Assembly (NCBI GenBank): GCA_046861385.1 | Contig: JBHHTW010000001.1 | Coordinates: 95,910-159,909 of the forward strand | Length of the DNA stretch: 64,000 nucleotides | Reading direction: 5' to 3' | DNA from: Fidelibacterota bacterium | GTDB taxonomy: Bacteria > Fidelibacterota > Marinisomatia > Marinisomatales > TCS55 | Shown here: piece by piece, positions 23,287 through 32,680 of the stretch | Numbering within the stretch: the first letter of the stretch is position 1 | Layout: every line of letters begins with the position of its first letter | The notes under the pieces: generated by a model | The model's database searches: none | What the model saw: only the letters and a program-made list of their open reading frames with translations | What the model was told of the DNA's origin: nothing | Program-made: the position numbers and the translations under genes

Positions 23287-23636
23287 ATGGACAAGGAAGA
23301 ATTAAAAAAGAGACCAAAAGATTTTGCACATCGTTGTGTGAAATTATGCAACTCACTGCCAAAAAATAGTCTTGGTCGTCTAGTAAAAGGACCTTTATTA
23401 AGATCGTCTACGTCAGTTGCATCCAATTATCGTGCTAATTGCGTCGCTCAATCAAAAAAGAGTTTTATCGCGAAAATCAGTATTGTAATTGAAGAAGCTG
23501 ATGAATCCTTATTTTGGCTTGAATTCATTATTGATGAAGTTTTATTGAATAAAAAAAAGTTATTTCTTTAATGAACGAAGCTAATGAGCTTGTTTCCATC
23601 TTTATTGCTTCTCGAAAAACCGCTGGTGGCAAATGA
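23287..23636 (+). pseudogene. Four-helix-bundle protein (TIGR02436 / 23S-IVS-protein-like), frameshifted at an A8 run
   Basis: LLRSSTSVASNYRA...QSKKSFIAKISIVIEEADES.FWLE; the -1 frame after 23551-23558 continues VISLMNEANELVSIFIASRKTAGGK* (116 aa total). Confidence 0.85.
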
Positions 23637-24856
23637 ATAATCGTCGATCATCAAACATAAATCATCAATCATTCCTCCTAGAGAATATTGGGCAACTAAC
23701 CACATTCAACCCAGAAACTGGTAAGGTTGAAACCACATCAAATACATCTCTTTCCCTCCAAAATGGGCGAATTGTTGAAAGCTGTAGTGATAGCGAAGTA
23801 ATTGACTGCGGAGGTTCACTTGTCACACCTGGTTTTGTTGATTCTCACACTCATCCCGTATTTTTAAATGGGAGGGAAGAAGAATTTGCAATGCGTCTGG
23901 CTGGGGCTACTTATGAAGAAATCGCCTCGAAGGGTGGAGGGATAAATTCAAGTACGGAAGCTGTTCGAAATGCTTCAAAAGACAAACTATTTGAACATGT
24001 TTCAAAACGAATGGACCGCTTCCTGAAAATGGGAACAACAACCGTCGAAGCAAAGTCCGGATATGGTTTAGATATAGAGTCAGAACTAAAATCACTTCAA
24101 GTGTTACATGATATAAATCAGAAGCATGAAATTGATATTATTCCCACTTTTTTGGGCGCCCACGCCTTCCCTTCCGAATTTGCCAATGATCATAATCGTT
24201 ATGTGGATTTGATTTGTAATGAAATGATTCCGGAAGTAGCAAACCAAGGTATTGCGAAATTTTGTGATGTTTTTTGCGAAAATGGGTATTTCACTGTTGA
24301 GCAGTCGCGAAGAATATTGTTCACCGCAAAAGAACATGGCTTAACTCCCCGCCTCCATGCAGACGAATTTGAAGATTCCGGGGCAGCCGAACTGGCAGCA
24401 GAAGTGGGAGCAGTATCAGCAGACCACCTTATGGCTATTAGTAATGCAGGAATTCAAAAAATGGCAGAAAATAATGTCATTGCCACTTTACTCCCCGGAA
24501 CTACGTTTTTCCTCGGTAAAGATACGTATGCACCTGCAAAGATATTAATGGCAAATGATATTGAAGTAGCCTTGGCAACGGACTTCAATCCCGGGAGTTG
24601 TCATATTCAATCCATGCCGTTTATTATTTCTTTGGCTTGTATCTATATGGGTATAACGATCGAACAGGCATTCGCATCTGGAACATATTTTTCAGCCAAG
24701 GCATTAAATTTAGATACTAAAATCGGAACCATCGCTGTTGGTCATAAGGCAGACATAATTGTTTGGGATTTAGAAAAATTGCTGGAAATTCCTTACAATG
24801 TGACTGATCTACCCATAAAAATGGTGATTAAGAGTGGAAAACCAATTGACTCATGA
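23633..24856 (+). CDS. hutI: Imidazolonepropionase
   Basis: PGFVDSHTH, GTTTVEAKSGYGL, HADE, ADHL, ATDFNPGS. Confidence 0.97.
   Translation: MNNRRSSNINHQSFLLENIGQLTTFNPETGKVETTSNTSLSLQNGRIVESCSDSEVIDCGGSLVTPGFVDSHTHPVFLNGREEEFAMRLAGATYEEIASKGGGINSSTEAVRNASKDKLFEHVSKRMDRFLKMGTTTVEAKSGYGLDIESELKSLQVLHDINQKHEIDIIPTFLGAHAFPSEFANDHNRYVDLICNEMIPEVANQGIAKFCDVFCENGYFTVEQSRRILFTAKEHGLTPRLHADEFEDSGAAELAAEVGAVSADHLMAISNAGIQKMAENNVIATLLPGTTFFLGKDTYAPAKILMANDIEVALATDFNPGSCHIQSMPFIISLACIYMGITIEQAFASGTYFSAKALNLDTKIGTIAVGHKADIIVWDLEKLLEIPYNVTDLPIKMVIKSGKPIDS
23636..23673 (-). repeat. Right 7-nt-periodic array (AATC every 7 nt), inverse of the left array
   Basis: aatc/gatc/aaac/aatc/aatc at 23639, 23646, 23653, 23660, 23667. 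Confidence 0.7.
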
Positions 24857-24874
24857 TTGTTGACCTTGTAAACT
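24846..24874 (+). promoter_or_regulatory. Putative sigma70 promoter
   Basis: TTGACT-17 nt-TAAACT upstream of the ORF at 24896. Confidence 0.45.
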
Positions 24875-24895
24875 CCCACCTGTTTTTAATATAAA

Positions 24896-25363
24896 TTGAT
24901 GATAAAACAATTAAAAATACTGATAATTATGTTTCTGATGCTCTTCGGGGCAGAAGGTCTTTTTGCGAATTATGCATTCTATAGAACAGTGACGAATACC
25001 TGTAATTCTTACCATATTAATGCCCAGGAAGGGGAGATGTATTTTGGTCGGGAAGAAGCAAATAAAAACAAATTTTATCTTGCAGTCAACAGTAATCGAA
25101 ATAATTTTGAAATGGCACTAATTGTCGGTTTTGTATCTGTCGGTCAGGCAATTAATCATCAGAACTACATGGTTGAAAAAGGATTGATTGAAAAATCGTT
25201 AAGACCGAGTACAGTTCATGTAACAGTTAATGTACCGATGGGCAGGGACGATATGATCATTTCCGCCAGCGCCACTGCAGATCAAGTCGTAAAGTTGGCA
25301 AATGGTGTAATCGAATCTGCCGAATTTATGCGTTTAATTAAAAATTCAATGGTAACACTATAG
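24896..25363 (+). CDS. Hypothetical secreted protein
   Basis: 155 aa ORF with signal peptide ending GLFA; no family recognised. Confidence 0.75.
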   Translation: MMIKQLKILIIMFLMLFGAEGLFANYAFYRTVTNTCNSYHINAQEGEMYFGREEANKNKFYLAVNSNRNNFEMALIVGFVSVGQAINHQNYMVEKGLIEKSLRPSTVHVTVNVPMGRDDMIISASATADQVVKLANGVIESAEFMRLIKNSMVTL

Positions 25364-25372
25364 GAGGTCTTT

Positions 25373-25606
25373 ATGGATCCATTTGGAATTGAATCAACCT
25401 TAATTAGTTATGTACGAGCCGTAGGCTGGTCAATCACGGCAGCTATCGGATTTTCGTTTGGAATCGGTTTGGCTATAAAGGTATTTGATTGGCTCTCCAC
25501 TGATATTGATGAATGGGAAGAAATAAAGAAGGGCAACATGGGTGTTGCTTTAATTTTTGTATCTCTTATTATCATGGTGGGCTTACTCGTTTATAAAGTT
25601 ATTTAA
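25373..25606 (+). CDS. DUF350 family small membrane protein
   Basis: Two TM segments around IDEWEEIKKGNMGVAL; AGGAGG RBS. Confidence 0.85.
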   Translation: MDPFGIESTLISYVRAVGWSITAAIGFSFGIGLAIKVFDWLSTDIDEWEEIKKGNMGVALIFVSLIIMVGLLVYKVI

Positions 25607-25631
25607 GACGATTTAAAACGAGAACATTTAT

Positions 25632-25664
25632 AACGGAGATTGATTAATCCAGTCTCCGTTTTTT
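25632..25664 (+). terminator. Intrinsic terminator after the DUF350 gene
   Basis: AACGGAGATTG...CAGTCTCCGTT followed by a T run. Confidence 0.7.
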
Positions 25665-26056
25665 GTATACTCGAGAGTCTTTTTTCCTAAAACTTTCCTG
25701 TTGTGCGAACAAACCTTTAGGGAGATTTTAAATCGTTTTATCTTGATAATAGTCGTTGAGGTATTTCTATAAAATGTATTATCAAAATACATTAATAAGG
25801 AATATCTAAAGTGATAGCGACAATTATTGATCTTCGGTATAATATGAAATCTTTCTAACCTCCTTACTATCAAACAATTACAGCTAAATCAGCAACCATT
25901 TTTGTCTATTAAGCCTAAATTTAATAAGTTTCCCAGGGAGGGGACCGTTAGTGGGACTCTCGTGATATATTTTAGAAAAAACTGATTTGTTAGATAGAAA
26001 CATTTTTTGTGAACCACATTTTCATGTAGTAGTTTTAATGTACTCTTATTTATTAG

Positions 26057-27565
26057 TTATGAAAAAACTAAAATGACTAAAACACCCACAATCGTATTTG
26101 CAAAATTCACTCCGTCATTATCCAGCCATTGGAATCCGCGAAGATGATGGGTTGGACTTTGGCAGTGAATTCGCTTTTCTGTTTCATGATTACAAACGAC
26201 ACAGCGAAACATGGATTGTACACTTCCACCCAGAATGGAATCAAATAGACTCCCCATAAAACCCGCTACAACCACCCAATAACACGCTGTGGATAACTGT
26301 TCAGAGGTGATTGCCACGCTGTTCAACCAATATCCGCCAATCAGGGCGATCACTCCTGCTCCCGACAAAGCGCCAAGAAACCCCAGGAGAGTCACACCCC
26401 CGGATGTTCCTTTTTTCACAGGTTTAAGATTCATAATATGTCGAGGTTTTCTTCTACTGAAGAAACCGATCTCTGTTGCCCATGTATCAGCTGTTGCCGC
26501 AGCAACAGCGCCTAGAAATGATAAATAAGCAAAATAAAAGGGGTCATAGTAATTCACCAAAGCGATAACCATAGGCACACCACCATTTGCAAATACTTGT
26601 ACAATGTCACGTTTGGAGCCTTTTTGGATAGAATCAGTCGACTTTTTACCTATTTTTGATAGGATGGATGAAAAGATGAAAAAAGATAAAATGGGAGTGA
26701 TCCATTGTACTCCACCGGATCCAAAGATCACCACTCCCATGATAAAAGCACCGGCGGACCCTCCGGCATTTAATACACTCCATTTGTAACAAAAAAAGAA
26801 GGCGAAACCCGATCCCAAAGTCCAGAATAATAAAATAGGTAGTGTACCGTGGGTATAGTTAGTGAGAAAAATATCATAGGTGATAGCTGTAAATAGAGGA
26901 ACAGAAAAATTATCTGATCCTTTGCAGGCAGCCGCTTCTGCAATCGAAGCAGCCAATCCGGTGAAGGCTGCGCAACCGATGAGCACATCCAAGGGCAAAT
27001 AGAAGGCAGAACCAAACAACCATGTGAAAAAATCTGTACCGATATAAATAATCAAGAATGTGGATAAAAACATGACTACACTGCCTTGAAGTGATTTTTC
27101 ATCCCTCCACAATCGAAATTTTAAGGGAAGTTTCTCATGTTTTCCCGTGTAAGATGCTACAGTATCGGAAATGGTCATAACCAGCATGGATAAAACGAGC
27201 GTAATGGGCTTTTCCCACCAAAACGTCACCAGAAGTAAAAAGGCAAAGGGAAAGTAAACTGTACCGTAGGTAGTTCGCTCCGTAGCGTGCATACTTTTGA
27301 ATTGATTAGAATTTAGTGTGAAAGCATTCACGACAATGAAGATTATTGCCAACGTCATAGGCTGGATATTTGATGTAAAAATAAAAGGACAGGTGGTCGT
27401 CATCAGTCCGATGATAACATGAACCATTTTTCGGCTTGCCTCCGGATTCCATTTCAATCTTGAACGGATAAATCCGGTTATGCCAATCAGCAAGAAGATG
27501 GCCATAAAAAATGCACAAAATGTGATCCATTCATTTGAGAAAGGATGATACAGGGGTAGTTTCAT
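26057..27565 (-). CDS. Fusion of a phytol/dolichol-kinase-type domain (CTP_transf_1) and DUF92 (TMEM19/VTE6-like)
   Basis: N-half: SRKMVH, YGTVYFP, SD..AS..G, KSLQGS, AE....GSDN; C-half: R...QVFANG, ADTWATEIG, GTSGGVT..G, DSILG, CxxC..HC, DNDGVN. Confidence 0.85.
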   Translation of the reverse strand: MKLPLYHPFSNEWITFCAFFMAIFLLIGITGFIRSRLKWNPEASRKMVHVIIGLMTTTCPFIFTSNIQPMTLAIIFIVVNAFTLNSNQFKSMHATERTTYGTVYFPFAFLLLVTFWWEKPITLVLSMLVMTISDTVASYTGKHEKLPLKFRLWRDEKSLQGSVVMFLSTFLIIYIGTDFFTWLFGSAFYLPLDVLIGCAAFTGLAASIAEAAACKGSDNFSVPLFTAITYDIFLTNYTHGTLPILLFWTLGSGFAFFFCYKWSVLNAGGSAGAFIMGVVIFGSGGVQWITPILSFFIFSSILSKIGKKSTDSIQKGSKRDIVQVFANGGVPMVIALVNYYDPFYFAYLSFLGAVAAATADTWATEIGFFSRRKPRHIMNLKPVKKGTSGGVTLLGFLGALSGAGVIALIGGYWLNSVAITSEQLSTACYWVVVAGFMGSLFDSILGGSVQSMFRCVVCNHETEKRIHCQSPTHHLRGFQWLDNDGVNFANTIVGVLVILVFS

Positions 27566-27656
27566 ATAATAATCTACTAAAATCAATCCTATTATGTGCA
27601 TTGTTAGATGAATATTTTGTAGAATTCAGAACCATACAAACAGGAAAATTGAATAC

Positions 27657-28496
27657 ATGGTAAAAAAAATAAGCTCTAAAGCTGTCGGTCTTGATATTGG
27701 ACTATTAATCGGTCGATTCTTTATGGATACTGATGACTTACATTACGGATATTGGCCCGATGACAAAACAGCCACACCCCAAAATTTTGCCGAAGCACAA
27801 TATCGACATTCACAACTCATTATTAAACATATACCTGACGGAGTAAATCGAATTTTGGATGTGGGAAGCGGTTCCGGTAACTTGGCAAAGAAATTGATGA
27901 ATTTGAATTACGAAGTGGATTGTGTTCTACCCAGTGAATTTTTAGCAGAAAATATTCGTAAAAAACTGGGAGACAAAGGTCACATCCATGTTTGCGGATT
28001 CGAGGAATTAATTACCGAACAACAATATGATTTAATTTTATTTAGCGAAAGTTTTCAATATGTCAAACTGGGATATTCTATTGATAAAATTGTGGAAATG
28101 CTTCCAGACGATGGATATTTACAAATCTGCGATTTTTTTAAAAGAGATGTGTCCGGAAAAAGTCCCTTAGGCGGTGGACATCGCTGGAAAAATTTTGAAG
28201 AAAAAATCTCTTCTGTTTCTCTCAGTAAAATTCTCGACATCGATATCACAGAAGAAACAGCCCCCACGAATGACCTTTTGGATAAATTCGTTACCCAAGT
28301 TCTAGGGCCTGTTAAAGGGATTACAGGTAAATATATGAAGAGTAATTATCCAAAATTATCTAAATTTATTGAGTGGAAGTATAAGAAACGGTTAAATAAA
28401 ATCAATAATGTATATTTTACAGGTCAACTGACAGGTGAAAATTTTATCAAATATAAAACGTACCGTATGCTGGTATTTAAGAAATTTTCTACTTAA
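27657..28496 (+). CDS. Class I SAM-dependent methyltransferase (sterol/tocopherol/CFA-like N-terminus)
   Basis: DLHYGYW, ILDVGSGSG, YDLILFSESFQY. Confidence 0.85.
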   Translation: MVKKISSKAVGLDIGLLIGRFFMDTDDLHYGYWPDDKTATPQNFAEAQYRHSQLIIKHIPDGVNRILDVGSGSGNLAKKLMNLNYEVDCVLPSEFLAENIRKKLGDKGHIHVCGFEELITEQQYDLILFSESFQYVKLGYSIDKIVEMLPDDGYLQICDFFKRDVSGKSPLGGGHRWKNFEEKISSVSLSKILDIDITEETAPTNDLLDKFVTQVLGPVKGITGKYMKSNYPKLSKFIEWKYKKRLNKINNVYFTGQLTGENFIKYKTYRMLVFKKFST

Positions 28497-28545
28497 TCAA
28501 TTCAGGGGCAGTTCTGCCACGTTTATCCATCCTAGGGTTTGGAGC

Positions 28546-29106
28546 TTATTTCAAATTTAATTTTTTTAATTTGGGTGCAATCACATACGAACAATAGGGT
28601 GCATTTTTATTATTTTCATAATAATTCTGGTGATAGTCTTCAGCTGTATAATATTGATCTAGAGGTTCGATTTCTGTCACGATATTTTGATTGAACGCTG
28701 TTTGTGCATTCGTCATAGATTTTTCTGCAATTTCTTTTTGAAGGTCTGATTGAAAATAAATGCCGGAGCGATATTGAGTCCCCACATCAGCTCCTTGTCG
28801 ATTGAGTGTGGTGGGATCGTGGGATTTCCAAAACATATCCAGAATTTCAGAAAAGGACACTTTTTGCGGATCAAATCTTATTTTGGCCACTTCAGCATAA
28901 CCAGTATTCCCACCACATACATCCTGATAAGTTGGTTTTTCCGTAATACCGTTGGAGTATCCGGCTTCTACAGAAATAACGCCGTCGATCCGTTCATAAA
29001 TGGCTTCTACACACCAAAAACATCCCGCTCCGAGGACAACAGTTTCTGGTTCAACTGCCATAATCTTTGCTCCTAATAAGGTGAATAATACAATTTGTTT
29101 TAACAT
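28546..29106 (-). CDS. msrA: Peptide-methionine (S)-S-oxide reductase, probably exported
   Basis: GAGCFWCVE, HDPTTLNRQGADVGTQYRSGI, AEDYHQNY. Confidence 0.96.
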   Translation of the reverse strand: MLKQIVLFTLLGAKIMAVEPETVVLGAGCFWCVEAIYERIDGVISVEAGYSNGITEKPTYQDVCGGNTGYAEVAKIRFDPQKVSFSEILDMFWKSHDPTTLNRQGADVGTQYRSGIYFQSDLQKEIAEKSMTNAQTAFNQNIVTEIEPLDQYYTAEDYHQNYYENNKNAPYCSYVIAPKLKKLNLK

Positions 29107-29222
29107 GAGATTCTTCCATGAAGTTATCACCTTTCAAACATCATGATTAGGAAATTTGTTTCAAAAAATAAGGAACAATCAATTGCTCATTATTTTTGAA
29201 TATAAATAATTCGTTGATTGAA

Positions 29223-30593
29223 TTATAATTCCTTTAATTCTTTCAGCAAATCAGTCAAAGTAACTTTGGCATCGCCAAAGACCATCAATGTGTTGTCAAA
29301 GCCGAATAATTCATTTTGAATGCCGGCAAATCCTGGATTCATGGTCCGCTTATTAACCAAAACTGTTTTTGATTTATCAACATCCAGAATAGGCATTCCA
29401 TAAATCGGACTGGATGTATCGTGCCTTGCAGCCGGATTCACTACATCATTCGCTCCTAACACAATTGCCACATCGCAATCTTCAAATTCCGGATTTATTT
29501 GATCCAGGTCTTTCAACTGTTCATAAGGGACGTTTGCTTCCGCCAAAAGCACATTCATATGACCGGGCATTCTTCCAGCAACAGGATGAATAGCATAAAA
29601 AACCTTTTTACCCATCCCTTCCAAAAAGTCGGCGACTTCCCGAACGGCATGCTGCGCCTGGGCAACTGCCAGACCGTAACCGGGTACAACGATTATTTTA
29701 CTTGCGGCTTCTAATATCATAGCCGCTTCTTCGGTGGATGCACTTTTGACCGACATTTGTTGGACATCTCCAGGGGCTCCAGAATCCTTCACAAGACCCA
29801 CAGCTCCAAAGATGACATTGACCAAAGAACGATTCATACCTTTACACATAATATTGGTGAGAATCAATCCAGATGCTCCAACCAAAGCACCGGAAATAAT
29901 CAGCCCGTTATTCATGAGAACGAAACCGGTTGCAGCGGCGGCGATACCTGAATAAGAATTCAAAAGTGAAATAACCACAGGCATATCTGCTCCTCCGATG
30001 GGAATGGTTAATGTAATTCCAATCAAAGCAGAAAGAACGACTAAACCATAAAAATAATTTATAGTATCACCCCCGACTACGGAATAAACCCCAAGAAGAA
30101 CCAAACAGATGGCAATGAGTGCGTTTAATATTTTTTGACCCGGGAAAACAATAGGTTGACCGCTGACAAATCCCTGTAGTTTACCAAAGGCAATAAAACT
30201 CCCGGTAAAGGTTAGGGTACCCACAAACACACTGATAGCAATAGTGGCGGCATTAAAGGTGGAAGGATTGGCCGGATTAAAATATTCAGCTGCAGCAACC
30301 AACGCGGAAGCACCACCGCCAAAACCATTAAAAATTGCGACCATTTGAGGCATTTGGGTCATTTGAACTTTTAATGCAAAAAATGCACCAATGATTGTTC
30401 CAATAATAATACCAATAGCAATTATTTTTAAATCCAGGTGTCCATACGACACCAATGTTGCAATAATGGCAATGAGCATACCGACCGAAGCGATGGTGTT
30501 TCCACTCCGGGCTGTTTTAGGAGAGCTTAAGCGTTTAATCCCTAATATAAAGAGAATTGCAGCGAAGACGTAGGCTATATTTGTGTATTCCAT
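29223..30593 (-). CDS. pntB: NAD(P) transhydrogenase beta subunit
   Basis: MPQMVA, IGGADMPVVIS.LNSYSG, IHPVAGRMPGHMNVLLAEA, GANDVVNP. Confidence 0.98.
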   Translation of the reverse strand: MEYTNIAYVFAAILFILGIKRLSSPKTARSGNTIASVGMLIAIIATLVSYGHLDLKIIAIGIIIGTIIGAFFALKVQMTQMPQMVAIFNGFGGGASALVAAAEYFNPANPSTFNAATIAISVFVGTLTFTGSFIAFGKLQGFVSGQPIVFPGQKILNALIAICLVLLGVYSVVGGDTINYFYGLVVLSALIGITLTIPIGGADMPVVISLLNSYSGIAAAATGFVLMNNGLIISGALVGASGLILTNIMCKGMNRSLVNVIFGAVGLVKDSGAPGDVQQMSVKSASTEEAAMILEAASKIIVVPGYGLAVAQAQHAVREVADFLEGMGKKVFYAIHPVAGRMPGHMNVLLAEANVPYEQLKDLDQINPEFEDCDVAIVLGANDVVNPAARHDTSSPIYGMPILDVDKSKTVLVNKRTMNPGFAGIQNELFGFDNTLMVFGDAKVTLTDLLKELKEL

Positions 30594-30602
30594 AATTTTA
30601 AC

Positions 30603-30875
30603 CTATTTCCGCTTAAACATTTTTAACATTCTGTCCGTCACCATGAATCCGCCCACCACATTAATGGTTGCGAATATCACCGCAATGAGACCTAGCCATG
30701 TTCCCAATTCACCTCCGATTTTCGTCGCGATGATAGCACCGACTATGGCAATACCCGAAATGGCATTTGACCCGGACATTAGAGGGGTATGTAATGTGGG
30801 AGGGACTTTCGTGATAATTTCAAATCCGACGAATATCGCCAGAATGAATACAGTGAAAATATTGATCATATCCAT
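30603..30875 (-). CDS. pntA: NAD(P) transhydrogenase alpha-2 (membrane part)
   Basis: VPPTLHTPLMSGSNAISG, NVVGGF.VTDRML.MF. Confidence 0.97.
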   Translation of the reverse strand: MDMINIFTVFILAIFVGFEIITKVPPTLHTPLMSGSNAISGIAIVGAIIATKIGGELGTWLGLIAVIFATINVVGGFMVTDRMLKMFKRK

Positions 30876-30895
30876 CGGTTATTAATCCTTATGAT

Positions 30896-32047
30896 TTATG
30901 CGTTATGTTTTTGAACAGTTTCTAAAGCTTCTTGTGTGGGTTTATGGGTGATTTCACCATTATGAGTGAACAATGCACCGGAGATGATTTCGTCATCGAG
31001 ATTCAAACTTATTTCACCCTCTGGACACAGGTGATTGATAAATGAAATGATATTTTTCGAATATAATTGAGATGCGTGCACGGACATAGTAGAAGGAAGG
31101 TTTAAGGTTCCGTCAATGATAACACCGTTTTCTATAACAACCTCTCCCGGAGATGTTAGTTCACAATTTCCTCCATTTTCCGCAGCCAAATCCATAATTA
31201 CAGCACCCGGCTTCATCACATCCACCATGTGCTTCGGAATCAGGATCGGTGCAGGTTTACCGGGAATCAAAGCGGTAGTCACTACCATATCTGATTTCGC
31301 AATATGCTCCTTAATTAATTCCTGTTGACGTTTTTTATAGTCTTCACTCGTTTCTTTTGCGTAGCCACCTTCACCGACACCATCATCAGTACTAGTCTCG
31401 ACTTCAATAAATTTCGCCCCTAAACTTTCAACCTGCTCTTTGACAACTGGTCGCACATCAAATGATTCAACTTGACCGCCCAATCGTTTTGCCGTTGCGA
31501 TAGCTTGCAATCCGGCAACACCCGCTCCTAATATCAATACTTTTGCCGGCGGAATGGTTCCAGCGGCAGTCATGAGCAATGGCATATAAACACTCAAATG
31601 AGCGGCTCCCATTAATACTGCCTTATAGCCGGAAATATTACTTTGAGAGCTCAATGCATCCATGCTCTGAGCCAAAGTTATCCTGGGAATATTGTGCATA
31701 GAAAAAGCAGATATGTTTTTTCTTTTGAGTTTTTTAACCTCTTCTAAATGTTTTGTCGTCGGGAAGAGTGAAACATACGTGATGCCGTTCTTAAATAGAC
31801 CGATTTCTTCAATGTCAGCTGGAGCTACCTTTAATATCAAGTCAGCATCTGCTAATAAAAACTCACGATCTGAAATAATCTCTGCGCCCGCATGTTGATA
31901 ATTATCATCTGAAATATAGGAACCTTCACCCGCACCGGACTCAACCTTTACGGTCATCCCTTTTTTTACCATCGTTTTAACAGTAGCGGGAACAGCCGAT
32001 ACCCGATGTTCACCTGGAGTTATTTCCTTAAGAATTGCAACGATCAT
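30896..32047 (-). CDS. pntA: NAD(P) transhydrogenase alpha-1 (domain I)
   Basis: AQSMDALSSQ, MTAAGT, GAGVAGLQA, GEGGYAKE, DLAAENGGNC. Confidence 0.97.
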   Translation of the reverse strand: MIVAILKEITPGEHRVSAVPATVKTMVKKGMTVKVESGAGEGSYISDDNYQHAGAEIISDREFLLADADLILKVAPADIEEIGLFKNGITYVSLFPTTKHLEEVKKLKRKNISAFSMHNIPRITLAQSMDALSSQSNISGYKAVLMGAAHLSVYMPLLMTAAGTIPPAKVLILGAGVAGLQAIATAKRLGGQVESFDVRPVVKEQVESLGAKFIEVETSTDDGVGEGGYAKETSEDYKKRQQELIKEHIAKSDMVVTTALIPGKPAPILIPKHMVDVMKPGAVIMDLAAENGGNCELTSPGEVVIENGVIIDGTLNLPSTMSVHASQLYSKNIISFINHLCPEGEISLNLDDEIISGALFTHNGEITHKPTQEALETVQKHNA

Positions 32048-32680
32048 AAATGGGTCCTTTAACACTTAATTAAAAGTTCAAGTATAGACAGCAAATTTAA
32101 TACTTTTTTTCCATTTAAAAACAAAATGAGATTCTATTATCTTCATTAATTTTTCTCCCGTTCACACAACAATCTCTCAAAATGGTTTAATAAATATAGG
32201 GTTACGTTAGACCAGGAACAAAAGTCTCTTTTTTGAGAGAATCTGACAGTCTACATAATAGCTAAATTCCCATCAAAATCCTTATCTGCCGAAGGTATTG
32301 CGCAAGCTGGTTTCCCACAATAGAAAATTAAAGCATGGAAAGGAGGAAAAAGTGTCGATTATTATCAACATTTTGGAGATTTGTTTCAAATGGTCATTTG
32401 GAAAATATTTTTTGTTGTCTCCTTGAATAATCAAGAAATAAAAGTACAAATTATCAGAGGAGATTAAACATCTTAGTGCCTAACCCTTTAATCAAACGAA
32501 TGGAGGTTCCCATCTCACTGGGAATTTTATAATCGGATAGAAGGAAAAACTTACTCCCTTTATATTACTATTGGACAAGAATGGAATAAATGGAATTATT
32601 CAAATTGTCGCTAAGGAGACTCATTCTTTCGTCGTAGAGTTATTATATTTCAACTGAAATAAAAAGGTATATTTAATCAA

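Noticed and set aside
23287-23636. Four-helix-bundle gene as the Avd of a diversity-generating retroelement
   Set aside because: No reverse transcriptase and no TR/VR pair with adenine-specific mismatches in the window.
25628-26020. 81-aa minus-strand ORF preceded in frame by a C-TGA-xx-C stretch, a possible selenoprotein
   Set aside because: No recognisable fold or SECIS-like hairpin, no RBS, and it overlaps a terminator; most likely non-coding.
29223-32047. Split PntA (alpha-1/alpha-2)
   Set aside because: The well-known three-subunit transhydrogenase organisation, not a frameshift.
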